Source: Diadema antillarum (Eukaryota). From it: a stretch of 64,000 nt of DNA. Shown one piece after another: positions 51,204-63,869 of this stretch. How positions within the stretch are numbered: position 1 is the first letter of the stretch; each line of letters opens with the position of its first letter. The DNA is taken from contig NW_027270997.1 in the NCBI RefSeq assembly GCF_040938485.1, forward strand, positions 248,001 through 312,000, written 5' to 3'. A model generated the notes under the pieces. It was not told the DNA's origin, ran no database searches, and saw nothing but the letters and a program-made list of their open reading frames with translations. The position numbers and the translations under genes are program-made.

Positions 51204-52697
51204 TTAAACTGGTGTGGTCGATCGAGTAATACCCTTAGAAGAGGATGAAGTCTTCTGTGGTAGGTTTGATGTTGATAGAGAGAGCCCTCTTGAGAGGAAA
51301 TGACCTTCATGATAGCCGCTGTCTCGAACGATGTCGTCCACGCTGGCTCCGAGCATCGATGCGTTGACTTCGAGTCGTGGCTCGATGACCTCCATCCAGT
51401 AACTGAGCTTCCTGGTCTTCTGGAAGGCTCCGTGGTTGTCAAACTTAACAATGTCTGTGGGAATTGATTCAGAAGCCCTTAGTATTAGTCATAATGGTTA
51501 GACGTGTCGTCGAACTGATCTTGCTCACGCCTCATGCACACTGTTTGGACACCACCAGTCAAAAACTGGGGGAAAAGGGTGTAATGCATACAAATCGCTA
51601 ACAGGCTCATGGGTACCACAAGTTCGATTTGATGGTTTTCTAGAAAGAAGATGCTTTGATATATAACACTGCATAGTAAAACAGATTCTCGTTGATGACA
51701 TATACAACAATGCCTACTCTTTTTCTCATCATACAGGATGTACACTTTGTATGCTGCATGTTTACAGTATGTATACTGAATAATGTGAAAGTTAATTCCT
51801 CTTGTTTTTCATTGCTCTGAGTTATAGATCTCGATGAGCGTATTAACTAGTCTTTCCTCGCTACTGTAGGCGGCTATTTTAGTCCACTCTTCAGTATCAT
51901 CAATGTATCTCAATGACATGCCACATTGTAACACTGATTAATGTTTAATTGCTATGCTTACAGGATAAAGGTTTTATGACATACGAATGCATGTTGATTT
52001 GTGTTGATTTATGATACCCTCAACATCACTTTTGCAGTGAAACGAATACCTGGAAACAATCCATAATTATTTTAAAATAATTTTTCTTCTATTTTTCTTC
52101 AGATTACTTGGATACACCCACAAAAAACCCCTTCCAAATCAAGATTCTGGTTGTGACCTCATCTGTCAATCATTGCTAAAGTACTGATATGTTTAACAAA
52201 AGACATTGGAATGCACCTTCCCCTCGACTCAGCATAATTTGAATGTTTCTGTGATATTAATGCGACTAACAAAAGACATATGGCGAGGGAACATGCAAGC
52301 TATGCTCGGTCTCAGGGAGGATGCATTACAATGTCTTTTGTTAATCATAATTAGTACTTTAGCATGATTGATAGATGATGTCACAACCAGAATCTTGGTT
52401 TGGAAGGTTTTGTGGGCGTATCCAAGTAATCTGAAGAAAAATAGAAGAAAAATAATTTAAAAATATATGGCATGTTTCCAGATATTCACTTCACTGCAAA
52501 AGTGATGTTGGGAGTGTCAAGAATCAACACAAATCAACATGCATTTGTATGTCATAAAACCTTTAATTTGAAATATGTATAGGCCGAATTGGATAACTGC
52601 ACACAAAATGGAACCAACAAGAACCAAGAATGGAACCAAGAAGAACAAAGAAAAAAAAAACCACTGAAGAAACAAACAACGACTAACCAGGTACGTG

Positions 52698-52728
<31 letters not shown>

Positions 52729-53931
52729 ACACAAATTAACAAATAAACAAACAAGAAGTAAAGAGAAAGCAGTATCATATATTCGCTGCTTACATAATCC
52801 CGGCTCCTCGAACTCAACTTCACCGTCTTCAGGTACGATGTGACTGTTGTATCGCTTCTCCTCCATGATAACAACCTTTTCACCCGTGTGTGTAGTTCGA
52901 GTGATGCCGAAAGCTATGTCGTGAGATTCCGTCTTGAATTCGTACCTAATAAGGGAATTTGATCTTCATTTAGTATTAAAAGTCAGGTATGACACATGCA
53001 CTTTAGAACGAAATTGTATCAAGCTGATGACAAAAAAAGATGAAAAAGATGGGAAAAAACGATTAAAAAGATGAAAAAAAAGTCATGCTTAATCCTAACT
53101 TATGGCAGAGCACGATCAGAAAACAACAACAAAAAGTCAATTAGTTAAATACTAAAATTCTTCGATGAAAATACTGCAAAAAGTAGTGTGGCTAGAAACT
53201 TTGTGTATAGTTTCAATTTCTTTTTTTGTTTGACTTTTTTTTTTCCTTCTACCGATTCGGATACCTCTGGAAGAAAGTCTGATCTGATTACACGCAAACA
53301 AACGCAAATGTCGCAGACAACGAACAAGATTAGCTACGGTATTGTAATAAGTGGAAGAACAGTACTCAGAATAGACCGTTTCTGTATTAAATGTATTACT
53401 AGTACACTGTATGGATGCTTCATTTCCTTGAGCCTCCGAAGCATTTCATTCACCTGCTCCGACCCATTAAGCTCCATAGCTGTTGCTAGGTAGTGCAAAG
53501 CTCCGACAATCTCTATGGTGGTTAAGTTCGAGTTTTGTGAACAAAACATACATACATACAGAAACAGTCTACTAAAAGCATGAAAACGTCCATGCCTTGG
53601 AAATAAACGTGACAGCCAACGAAGTATTGTAATGACGGCATGAACACAAACGCTGATTATATCACGATATTTGCTTTGCTTCAAGATACAATGCCAGTTT
53701 GAAAGGAAATTAATGCATTCCAACGATAACAATGACGATTTGATAATGGCAACAAAAGGAATAATGACAGTTAATGCAGCAATTATAATACGTCATGACT
53801 GTATGTTAGTGATAGTGATAAAACAGTAATGATAATGATTACAAAGCAGAATGTCAGATATAATGATGGTGAAATTGCTCAGCAAATAATATTACTTCTG
53901 ATATGAATGATAGCACAATTATGACAACAAC

Positions 53932-53974
<43 letters not shown>

Positions 53975-56779
53975 AACGATGACGGCTTCTTATATAGCGC
54001 CGGTATCCTCCTTGGAAGGGCGCTCATGGTGCTTGATCTAGAATGTCTTAACTTCAACTGAAGAAAAAAAAAGATAAGAAATAATGAACGATCGATTGCA
54101 AACTCACCTGAATATGCTCCCAAGGGTGTTGACCTTGAACTTGATTTCTGTTGACCTTCTACCCGGAAGTTCTTGCGTGGTCATCATGTCGTCATGTTCG
54201 AGACCGCGGCCCTTCTGGTAGTAGAACGTCGGAACCTTGCCTCCTAGGTTTATCTGGCCAACACATAAATTTTGCCTTCATTTAAATGAAACCGTGCACC
54301 TTTTTTCAAAGAATGATGGGACAACAGCAAATGACATCAGTTTCATCATCTCCATCATGTTGTGTTCATTGAATAACGAAAATGTTGAGTGACAAGTATT
54401 TAAAAAAATCCTTCAGAAGAGGGTGTTTCACCTGGAAATATTGTCTGAAATCAGATGATTCGAAATTATTTGGCAACGTGACAAGCTGTTAAAGTGGACT
54501 TGATAAGAGAATGGATTGTTACCAGTATTAAAACACCCTTGATAGACTGATGGTCTAGTAGACGAATAGGAATGAAGGGGAAATCATGGTTTCTGTCGAG
54601 TCGTTATGAGAATAGGAAGGTGCTGATCTTTACGACCAGGGGCATACTCTCAATTTTTTGTTTTTGTTTTCAAAATGGGTGATTCTTTTTTTTTCTGCCT
54701 TTGAGTGGCTTTTTAAATAATTATTTTTTCGCCATGCATACCTCATCCTGATGATGATAATGAAGAGGGAGGAAGGGGAGAAAAGGGGAAAATTATAGAT
54801 TTTCTATTTTCATGTTAATACAATCACATTTTACGATTGTATTCCATTTCAATCATGTGTGTTTGTGTGTGTGTGTGTGTGTCGCTCTCACCTTTGTGGG
54901 GCACATGTTCGGATTACCTCCAGTGTCGGTCATAGTTCCACCCCAGTGAACCGGAAGTATATCAGCATCTATGTATTTCAGCAACACATCCTTCCAGCTT
55001 CCTATAAGGTGTTGTTCCATACAAAGTCAAATCAGGCGGTTGTCATTCCATGTAGCTAGGTGTATCGGGCGTGTCATTATAAAGGATATTATGCCATAAT
55101 TGCATATATTTCCTCTTAATTACTGTGTTATGCATGTAGGCCCTACGAAATTCATAGTTTATGTCATAAAGTGTTTCTATTCATATTTGTATATTAATGC
55201 ACACTTTTTGCTAGTGGAAGTGAATGAAACAAACTGATATTACGGCACATTTTTCTTTGTTTACATTTGCCTGTGCGCAGTGACGTGGATAGATGCGTGC
55301 ATTGGTATGTAAATATTCTGATACCTGAATATAATAAGACACAAGTCCATAGTGAAAGATTCAGAAAATTAAAAGGACATACAAACATATAACATGACTT
55401 GTACTTTTAAAATGCCACTTATGGGAATTTATGCATACAAATTTAAAAGAAAAACAGTTATTTGACTATTTATCTAAATCTATTACTTTCATTTTAGATA
55501 TACAATCATGTGTTCGTGTTTTGAGCATCAAAATGTGCCTTGTAACTATGAAAACCAGATGAATTAATGTATTTCATGAATACATCAATTTATATTGTTT
55601 ATATAACTTCGTTATGATTTCAGTTTTCAGACTTTAATTTCCCACGATGTATAATTTAAAAAAGCGGTACAAATTCCACATGGTACACACAAAGTTTCCT
55701 ATCAAATAAATCCTGATTTGTTGTCATGACTTTATGGAACTTAATAGAATGATGTACTGAACACTCTATTCTAGGAAGAAGTGACTCAAACTAAAAAATA
55801 AATAAAACTAAAAGTGACTAAAGCTTAAAAAAATGAAAGAAATATTGTTCTTCTCATTGTTAATCCAATAGCTAACTCATATATACATGGTAAATGATTA
55901 CCTCCGATGACTTTGATCTTTTCTCGTGTCCCTTCACTGAGGAAAGGCTTCAGGATGAAGTAGACAGCTGGAAAAAACTTTGTCGGCCTGACGAGAAATA
56001 GGCGATGAATCACTTCCGGGTAGTGTTGTTCAAACAGCCCAGCGACCTTTTAGGCATAATTTACCATTTGCAGATGAAATAAAATCCAGCATTAGTGCTT
56101 TAAAATAGTTCTAAAGTGTGAGTTAGGGATAAAAACAACCACTGAAAAAATTTGAATAGGTAAAATCGATGTTAAACATATTAATTATTAAACATGTTAA
56201 ATATACAAAAATGTGACCAATAGTTATAATAAAAATGTTTCCAGACTAAACCGTCTACAGTTACGGTTTATTGAGAAAAATGCAGAAATCTCCTTATATC
56301 TTAGGCTTTATCGCGAAAATTGTATATGATAGGCTGTTTTGTGGTACAACAGACCTACACAGCCATGTGCATTGAATGTCATATCTTGAATATTTTGTAA
56401 ATCACGGTTCTTAAAGGTAAACAGGACCTTTAATTTGTGCGTGTGTATGTGTTTTGGAGAAAATAAGTAGAATAAAAAAAAATGTCTTGGAAAAAAATAC
56501 AACACAAAAAACAAGAAACAAAAAGCAGAAAGAATCTACGGAGAAAGAGTCATAGTGTTAAAGATCAATCTTGATTGCCATAAACAGTACAGTCTTACGT
56601 GATAACGTTACCAAGTTTCGAAACCAATAAATAGTTTTTGGTGTTTTCTGTTTGGTTTTATGCATTCCCTCAACTTTCTTTGGTCTTTTTTTTTTGCATA
56701 ATTCTGTAATAATTGTACAAGTGCGTTTTCTTGTGCTGGTGGAAGTGTAGATTTATATCCTTCAATTTGAATCTTTTTT

Positions 56780-56812
<33 letters not shown>

Positions 56813-56966
56813 TACGTAGTAAATTAATTGCTTCCAACTGATGAATAAACATTCATGTTCTTACCTCTGTCATTACAGTCATACCCGGTTTCCACATGTG
56901 CGATACGCCTAGATGTTCGAGATCGACAATCCATGTTATGCCTTCGATATGACGACCAAGCTGGAT

Positions 56967-57025
<59 letters not shown>

Positions 57026-58263
57026 TCAAGAAGTTAATTTAATCAAGAATTCAATCGATTAATCAATGAAGTAATTCACTATTCAAATATTTATTTGACT
57101 AATTAGTCAATCAGATAAAGAACAGCTTCATAGTAGACGTAACTCTACGTGGTAACGATGATGACATAATTAGGAATTGCTGCTTTTAATCATGATATTG
57201 AAATCATAAAACTCATATACACAGATAATTATTATAGGTCCTAGAAAGGACAAAATGAAAGCTATAGCAATCTTTACGCTACCCCATCCCCAAAAGTCAA
57301 CAAATATAAAATTGTCCATTCCTTTTTTGAGAATGGATAGAGCATCAATAAATGAGAACTCCTAAGTGCGCTCCTACTATATGAACACGAGAGTATGTTT
57401 TCTCGCATGTGTTTCTCTTTTGTTATTTTCAATTAAAGTATTAGTCAATTGCTTAATACCTATCCATGTTATTGCATTTCCCTGATTTTGTCTTTGTTTT
57501 AGTTTACATAATTCTGATCTCATCCAAGTCGGCTTTCACTGCATTCACACGCGCTTTAGTTGTGTTTCCCTAACCATAATCATAGTAACAGTAAAATATG
57601 AACATTAGAGCAAAGACATAATGGTACAACGACAAGACAGAAATGACTTGTGCGAACTTCGAAAAGTGCTGATATAATAACTGCCCATGGTAATGATTGA
57701 TTTTCTTTCCTTTTCATCAAGTAGGCCCTAAACGTACTTAAAAGCCAATAATATGTACAGGTTTCTAAATCTAAGAACGATGACTAGAACAAGCTGAAGT
57801 GAATTGTTCCTCCCAAACAGTCTAACCCACCTTTCTTGAAACTGCTTCTTGTTCTTTTTGAAGTCGTTCCAGGATGAAAATGTTTGTCTTGATGATATCA
57901 CCTGCTTTCACAGAGAACAGGAGACCTGTTGAGAAACATGTGAGTTTTGCAGAAAAAGCAAAACTTAAGTTATATCAATTATATGAACAAAAACTTATTA
58001 CATGATTTACGCTGAAACTTCTTTTGAAATAGTCATAATGCTGATAATGTATCACCACACAAACACCCATGTGTATAATTTCATTTAATTTTTTTTTATT
58101 TAAATTTTTACTTAAAAACCTACTCTGTTGCCTTTTGTATGAAAACGGACTTGCATCCTTCAATAATTTTTTTAAATAATGTTTGTGAAAAAGTGACATT
58201 TGCACACGAGATTATTGTACACTGTAACGTGGTTGCGAACAATAGCAGTACTTGGTATAGGCC

Positions 58264-58304
<41 letters not shown>

Positions 58305-58660
58305 AACACTTATATTCCATGCCTGTCCTTTTTTATCATTTTGCTTTTGTTACATTTTTCTACCATTCTGTTCTTCTGGCTTAATTACTTTGACGTACAC
58401 TTTAACTTACGTATACAGTTACACTTTAAACGCATTATGTCAAATTAAAACATAACAACAACATGCAATTCTATATTATGTATGTAACATTCTAGGATTT
58501 TTGAATTCTGGCCTGATGTAAGTTTAGATGTTATGGTACAATCATGTTTTGCATATTCATCATACACACACTTATCTCGTTCTTTCTCGGTATGTACATA
58601 ATGTACAGTATTTTATGTGTATCCATGTACACTTACTTTAAAGTGTATGTAGATTATATA

Positions 58661-58705
<45 letters not shown>

Positions 58706-59744
58706 CCGTAGTATGCAAAGCTGTGACAAAATGTGGTCATACCTTTCGGGTCGACATTTCCAATGGGAGAAATCCAAACGATGTGACCTTCTTTGTCCAG
58801 TCCCACGGCGCCTCCAGGCCAGTATTTCAGGCAAACCTTGATGAGAAATTGAAGAAGGGGCGGACTGTCATTCCAACGATACCCAAACTTGACATATTTT
58901 TGTTACATATATGTCAAAAATAGCAATTCACAATGTTATGTTCTAATGAATCGGCATAACAGGTTCACATAATCATCATATTGAAAAGGTAAAATAAGAT
59001 AATGTCACGGACATTTTTCTCTATCAATTTCATACATATTTTCGAAAATAGGATTTTGCCTGCTACGACAGAGATCATGTCCACACTATGGTACAGTAGT
59101 CTTGACCAAATCATTTCATCGCCCCCATGACACGTGAACAGCATTTATTTTGTGTGTCTAGCGTATCAATTTACTCCTATTTACTCTGAGGAGGCTGTTA
59201 TGCTTTGCCATTTTTATTTTTCTCTTCTTGAAGGACAAGGACAATGAATCAAGAACATGATCATGATGATAATGAAGATTTTCATCTAAGAGTCTCAATA
59301 AACTCCTCACTATTAGGAAAGAGGCAAGTAATTCATGAAAATGACCATCATTATACTCAAAATATAATCAGCTTTATCGTCTGCCTGTGTCGTTGTATCA
59401 ACGGCCATTGATTGCACAGTGTAATGAGGATTGTATTACGTGTTGAGAATTTCATTTCAGGTTTTAATAGCAAGGTGCTGTCCAAACTGAAAGTCACTTG
59501 TGCACATTAGCCGCGTCATTAATAATGGCAACTGAGATTTAGGACATGTCTAACTCATCGCAATGTGGGAAAAGGCACAAGTAAAAGTCAGAACAATAGA
59601 TGTCTTGCTTTACTCTCTCGGTGAGTGTAGCTAAGGGTATTCCCTAAAGCATTGCCATGACATGGGGCGTGGAATTATTTTTTGAGGGAAACAAGTCTTG
59701 TAAAATATAAAATACATGTGTGTAAATATCTATTATCCTAATTC

Positions 59745-59791
<47 letters not shown>

Positions 59792-62195
59792 CATATATAT
59801 ACATACAAAGGGCAAATTAAAATGTCACTTATGTTTTCATTTATTCACTATTTTCTATTTGTTATCTATTTTCCGCATTTTTTCAAACTTCTTACTTACT
59901 TCGGGCATCTCATACCATTCCAGAAGTGTATCAATGCGGTTCTGACTCCGCCATATTAGGTCCTGGATAAAGATAATCAGACGTTAAAAAAATATTAGAT
60001 AATATAGATGAAAAAAAAGACTCTCCAATGTGGCATAAGGGAGAAGAAAAACTACGAATAAACTCAGTTCTGTTGTTTTGTTTCTTTTGTTATCATTTAC
60101 GACTTTAATCATTTTGATAACTTTAACAACCAGATATTGGTTGAATACAGTACAATTAACTTCTAATACCCCAAAGTGCCTGTGTGAGAAAAAGCACAGC
60201 CCTTTTTTACTTTAATATGGGTTTGCTCATCTCTCATTGTAGTAATTGGTAGAAAAAAATAAATAATGTTAAAAAACTAATATATTCATAATTGCTGTAA
60301 ATGATTGACGTATTCGAGAATTCAAATCTGGACAGTAAAAGCAAATGGAGGCGTGGTGGGGGTCACATAAGGTTTTTTTTTGTCACAGTTATACTTCCTT
60401 CGGTCCTCTGCTTTACATGCCCATGGAATTCAGTCAAAGACACTTATCTCTCTAAGAGTACACATAAGCTATATCTTCGTAGGAAAACAGCAAAACGAGA
60501 TTTAGAGCGGTGAGTTGGCTCAGTCGCTAGCGCGTCTGCCTCACGATCCAAGGGACCCGAGTTCGATCCCGAGTCTGGACTGAGCAATGTTGTGTGTAAA
60601 CATACCGTCCCCTCTAGCAAGAGACAAAACACACTGTCCCTCGGATAGGACATAAAATGGAGGTCCCGTGTATGAGAGCGTCACAACTCACGCACGTAAA
60701 AGATCCTGCTTCATTCTTTCATCGCAAAGAGCAGGGTGTTTAACCCGGTGAAGTGGTCCTACGTCACATCCAACTGGACCTCATGGAAGACCAGCTTAGC
60801 ATAGCTGAATATGGACTATCTAGCCATCTTCTCAGATGGAAATGAACAAACAAACAAACAAACAAACAAACAAAGGAACGTGGAGATAAGAAAGAGAAAA
60901 AAAAGAAAAAGAAAAGAGAGAGGAAAAAAAACAAACTTGAAAATACCAGAAGGAAGAAGTAAAGCATCATTTTCAGCCAAATTTGCTGCAGAGTAAATAT
61001 CGTTGGTACTCACCTGTCTGAACATCGCCTCTGCCTTTTTCACTGAAAACCTCCGTGCTAGATGATAAAACACCAAACACTGAATATCTTTAGGAGCAAT
61101 TATAATCAATGTTTATTAAAGCTGACTTTGAAATGATCATATAAAACAAACAGGAATATACTGACATTAAAATCGGACCTCATTTAAAGTTCGTATGCTA
61201 TGTATTTTTTGGACAACATCATTGCTTCCCCCAGAAAAACCCCAACAATACTCGTGATGTTTTAAATTCAATTACATTATTTTAATTTGAAGACTCTTCC
61301 ATCATTCCTTTTTTACTCTTTTTATCACTGTCAAATAATCTTATAAAATTACTTTGCCATCTGATGACTGTTTGACTGAATAATTGTCTATATAATAACA
61401 GCCTCGGGCGTTTCATAAAACTAAACAGAATTAAAGACAATGCATTCCTCCGCTGTAATAATTAATATTTAGTAAAACTGTTGAAAAGAATAGGAGTTTA
61501 TTAACCACATAGACATTATTGTTGGTAGTACCCGTCAAAACTAGCACTGATAATTAATAATTAAACGTGAAGGAAGTTCCACATTCAAAGGATGATATTT
61601 TTGAAGATAATAAGTAAACATACTAACTTTAGGTAACATTATTGACTCATAATCTATCTGTGCTTATCACTAGGAATCTTGGCAAAAGAACACAGGAAAG
61701 CAAAGAGAAAGAGGTTAAGAAAGAGAAAAATGGGGAAGAAGAAAGATATTAACACTTTGGTTGAAAGCACTTCCCTATATCAGAAAACATTATATACGTT
61801 TGTGACAAATATCCTCAACAGTGATAAGAAACATTATTAATAATCCCAAAAGGCCAGTTGATGGTGTAATAACGTGAATCTAAATTTAGTTTGTTTCATC
61901 ATTAATTTGTATAGAATCATTCCGAATATGGATGATAGGAAAACAAATCCATTCACCTGACAAGGTAAGGTATAGTAACAAAATGTGTTCACTATAGCTT
62001 CGTTGAAGATTTTTATGAAATAAAAGATTAAAAAACACGAGAACGCTTTTCATATTTTGAATGAAAAGATAAATACACGGGTTTTTTTTTCTTCTGGCTT
62101 AAGAAGAACGGAGATACAGTCTAACCTCTCAAAAATCGTAAAAGCAGGTGGTCGTTGTGTCGAGGCTCTAGTACATCGCTCAAGTTTGTTTTCAG
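51204..62195 (-). CDS. SEC14L2: SEC14L2-like protein, copy B (tandem paralog); exons 2-12 in window, exon 1 presumably beyond 64000
   Basis: Exons: 62126-62195, 61014-61057, 59900-59962, 58743-58836, 57831-57925, 56865-56960, 55902-56046, 54892-55001, 54108-54253, 52794-52945, 51204-51454 (TAA). Internal exon sizes are identical to copy A (70, 44, 63, 94, 95, 96, 145, 110, 146, 152); the frame is open throughout; RYNSHIVPEDG is present. I found no MSGR-type exon 1 in 62196-64000. Confidence 0.92.
51969..52562. mobile_element. Long palindromic Kolobok/T2-type MITE (594 bp, ~270-bp arms)
   Basis: ATAA|AGGTTTTATGACATACGAATGCATGTTGATTTGTGTTGATT ... AATCAACACAAATCAACATGCATTTGTATGTCATAAAACCT|TTAA; the arms stay complementary inward to a spacer at ~52240-52300. 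Confidence 0.9.
53932..54034 (-). mobile_element. L2-type SINE/LINE 3' tail fragment with (ATC)n
   Basis: Minus strand AAGCACCATGAGCGCCC...GGCGCTATATAAGAAGCC followed by (ATC)n; GGCGCTATATAA is typical of L2-related 3' ends. Confidence 0.5.
56052..56429. mobile_element. Kolobok/T2-type MITE (family copy 3 of 3) abutting the exon 8 acceptor of copy B
   Basis: TTTT|AGGCATAATTTACC ... GGTAAACAGGACCT|TTAA; the left target site 56048-56051 overlaps the acceptor AG (56047-56048 on minus). Confidence 0.9.
56966..57027. repeat. (AATC)n next to exon 7 acceptor of copy B; shorter counterpart at 34206-34227 in copy A
   Basis: About 14 units in B versus about 5 in A at the same intron position. Confidence 0.9.
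60505..60874 (+). mobile_element. tRNA-derived SINE with a Deu/Nin-like core and (CAAA)n tail
   Basis: A-box TGGCTCAGTCG (60516), B-box GAGTTCGATCCC (60559), core TCGGATAGGACATAAAATGGAGGTCCCGT...ACGTAAAAGATCC...AAGAGCAGGG...CCCGGTG resembling the DeuSINE/AmnSINE core as I recall it; (CAAA)7 tail. Confidence 0.85.
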
Positions 62196-62234
62196 CTAGA
62201 AATGAAACATAACAAAGAGACAAATACAAACATT

Positions 62235-63700
62235 ATAATGATTGGAATCCCAAACAGAAGACTTGATCAAATGTTGGCATTTGCTCATACTCAGCGTTTA
62301 TCAAGTTTGCTTCAGTCAAACATAATGATCTCACAATTGCACAACTCCTAAATCCAGTTTCTTTTTTTTCCTTCCACACACAGGAACAAACTAATTGATA
62401 TAGTTCGGAATTTAAAGAGTAAAAAAAGTGCTGGCTATGATAATGTTGATAATGACCTTGATACGCTGAATATCGAGTTAAATAAATTACTTTACTGGAT
62501 AAGAGATAACAAATTGTCAATTAATCTTCAAAAAAACTAAATGTATGCTTTTCAGTAATTCTTTGGAAAAATTACCTCAGAAGATTTTTCTGGATATTAT
62601 ATCCGTAGAAAAAGTTTCCTCAATTAAATTTTTAGGTTTGTTTCCTGATAATATAAGCTCACCTGGAATTTGCATATTGAATCGATTTGCCATACAATCT
62701 CTAGAAATATCGGCGTAACAAAAAAAGTTAAATTTCATTTTTTTTAAAATGTTCTATTATCAAATGTTACACTCATCTTTGATTTTACCTTATTTTGAAT
62801 TATGGCATTCTCGCCTGGGGTAACACTTATTCCTCGTACTGTCGTATATAGAACGAATATTATTATTGCACAAAAATGCTTTTCGTATTATTTGTAGAGA
62901 ATCGTGGAGATGTCATACTAATGACTTGTTTCATCAAAATAATATTTTAGAATTAAGGATTTTGTATTGTTAGATTTAGGACAGTTTATGTACAAACTGA
63001 AAAAAAAAATCATTCCCTTCCTTTTGTGTTTGATTCCATGTTTATTCAAAATAAAACTGTACATTCATATCCCACTAGACAATCCAATGAATTTCATTTA
63101 CGCTGTCTATGACGATTTTTTCAAAGTCTACATTCTCCTTTGCCGGACCTAAATTCTGGAATTCCCTTGATAGCAGCATAAGAGAAGCTGTTCAAATTAA
63201 AGATTTTTTTAAATCAATTCTTATATCACTGCGGACTTGCATTTTTGAAAGCCGCTGGTTCATTTCTTTGCTTTAACGTCTTTAACTTTGTTTAATTTAT
63301 TTCATAGTCGTTACAATGTACTATTTATCAAATAAAGTCCATATCTCAGTAAGACTGTAGTCTCATTTGCCTTGGCATCGACCCATGAACTCTTCGTCCT
63401 TTGCAGCAGCTCCTTACCCTGTCTTCCTCTTCCTGTCCCTTTTCTGACCTTTGACCTCCTGTTTATTCTTTCCACGCGTATGTAAGAGAGCTGCTTGTGT
63501 GTTTGTGTGCGTATTTGTTTCATGTTCTGTTTCTCGAGGAATATGTCTTATTGTTTCGTTTTCACGAGGGGATTGCATTGCACAAGCTAGGCCTTTTCGT
63601 AGTCCCCTCCATTTCCGACTTTTTTTCTTGGTTACGATTCAGTTACAGTTTGTCCATGCATTTCTTCATCTAAATTATGTCTTGTCTCATTGTAAACAAA
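62235..63700 (+). mobile_element. Decayed, internally deleted L2/CR1-clade LINE (RT flanks + 3' UTR)
   Basis: Frameshifted translation gives NLKSKKSAGYDNV joined to DLDTLNIELNKLLYWIRDNKLSINLQK, then IKFLGL, NYGILAWGNTY and FSFAGPKFWNSLD, all typical of non-LTR RT C-terminal regions; 3' hairpin at 63566-63610. Confidence 0.85.
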
Positions 63701-63802
63701 TGACAAGCATTTAAATCTCATTTAAATATGCAAAAGTCACATTGTACTTTACTTTGTTTATAATTATGCAGATGTCATATTGGATACCTTCGTCGGAAAA
63801 TG

Positions 63803-63869
<67 letters not shown>

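Noticed and set aside
53334-53732. 132-aa ORF with a protein-like stretch (IEIVGALHYLATAMELNGSEQVNEMLRRLKEMKHPY)
   Set aside because: Its phase is incompatible with the host intron (stop in the required frame), it has no start or splice chain and no recognised homology; BLASTX would settle it.
60505-60580. tRNA gene
   Set aside because: A and B boxes are present but there is no complete cloverleaf, and it continues into a SINE core and tail.
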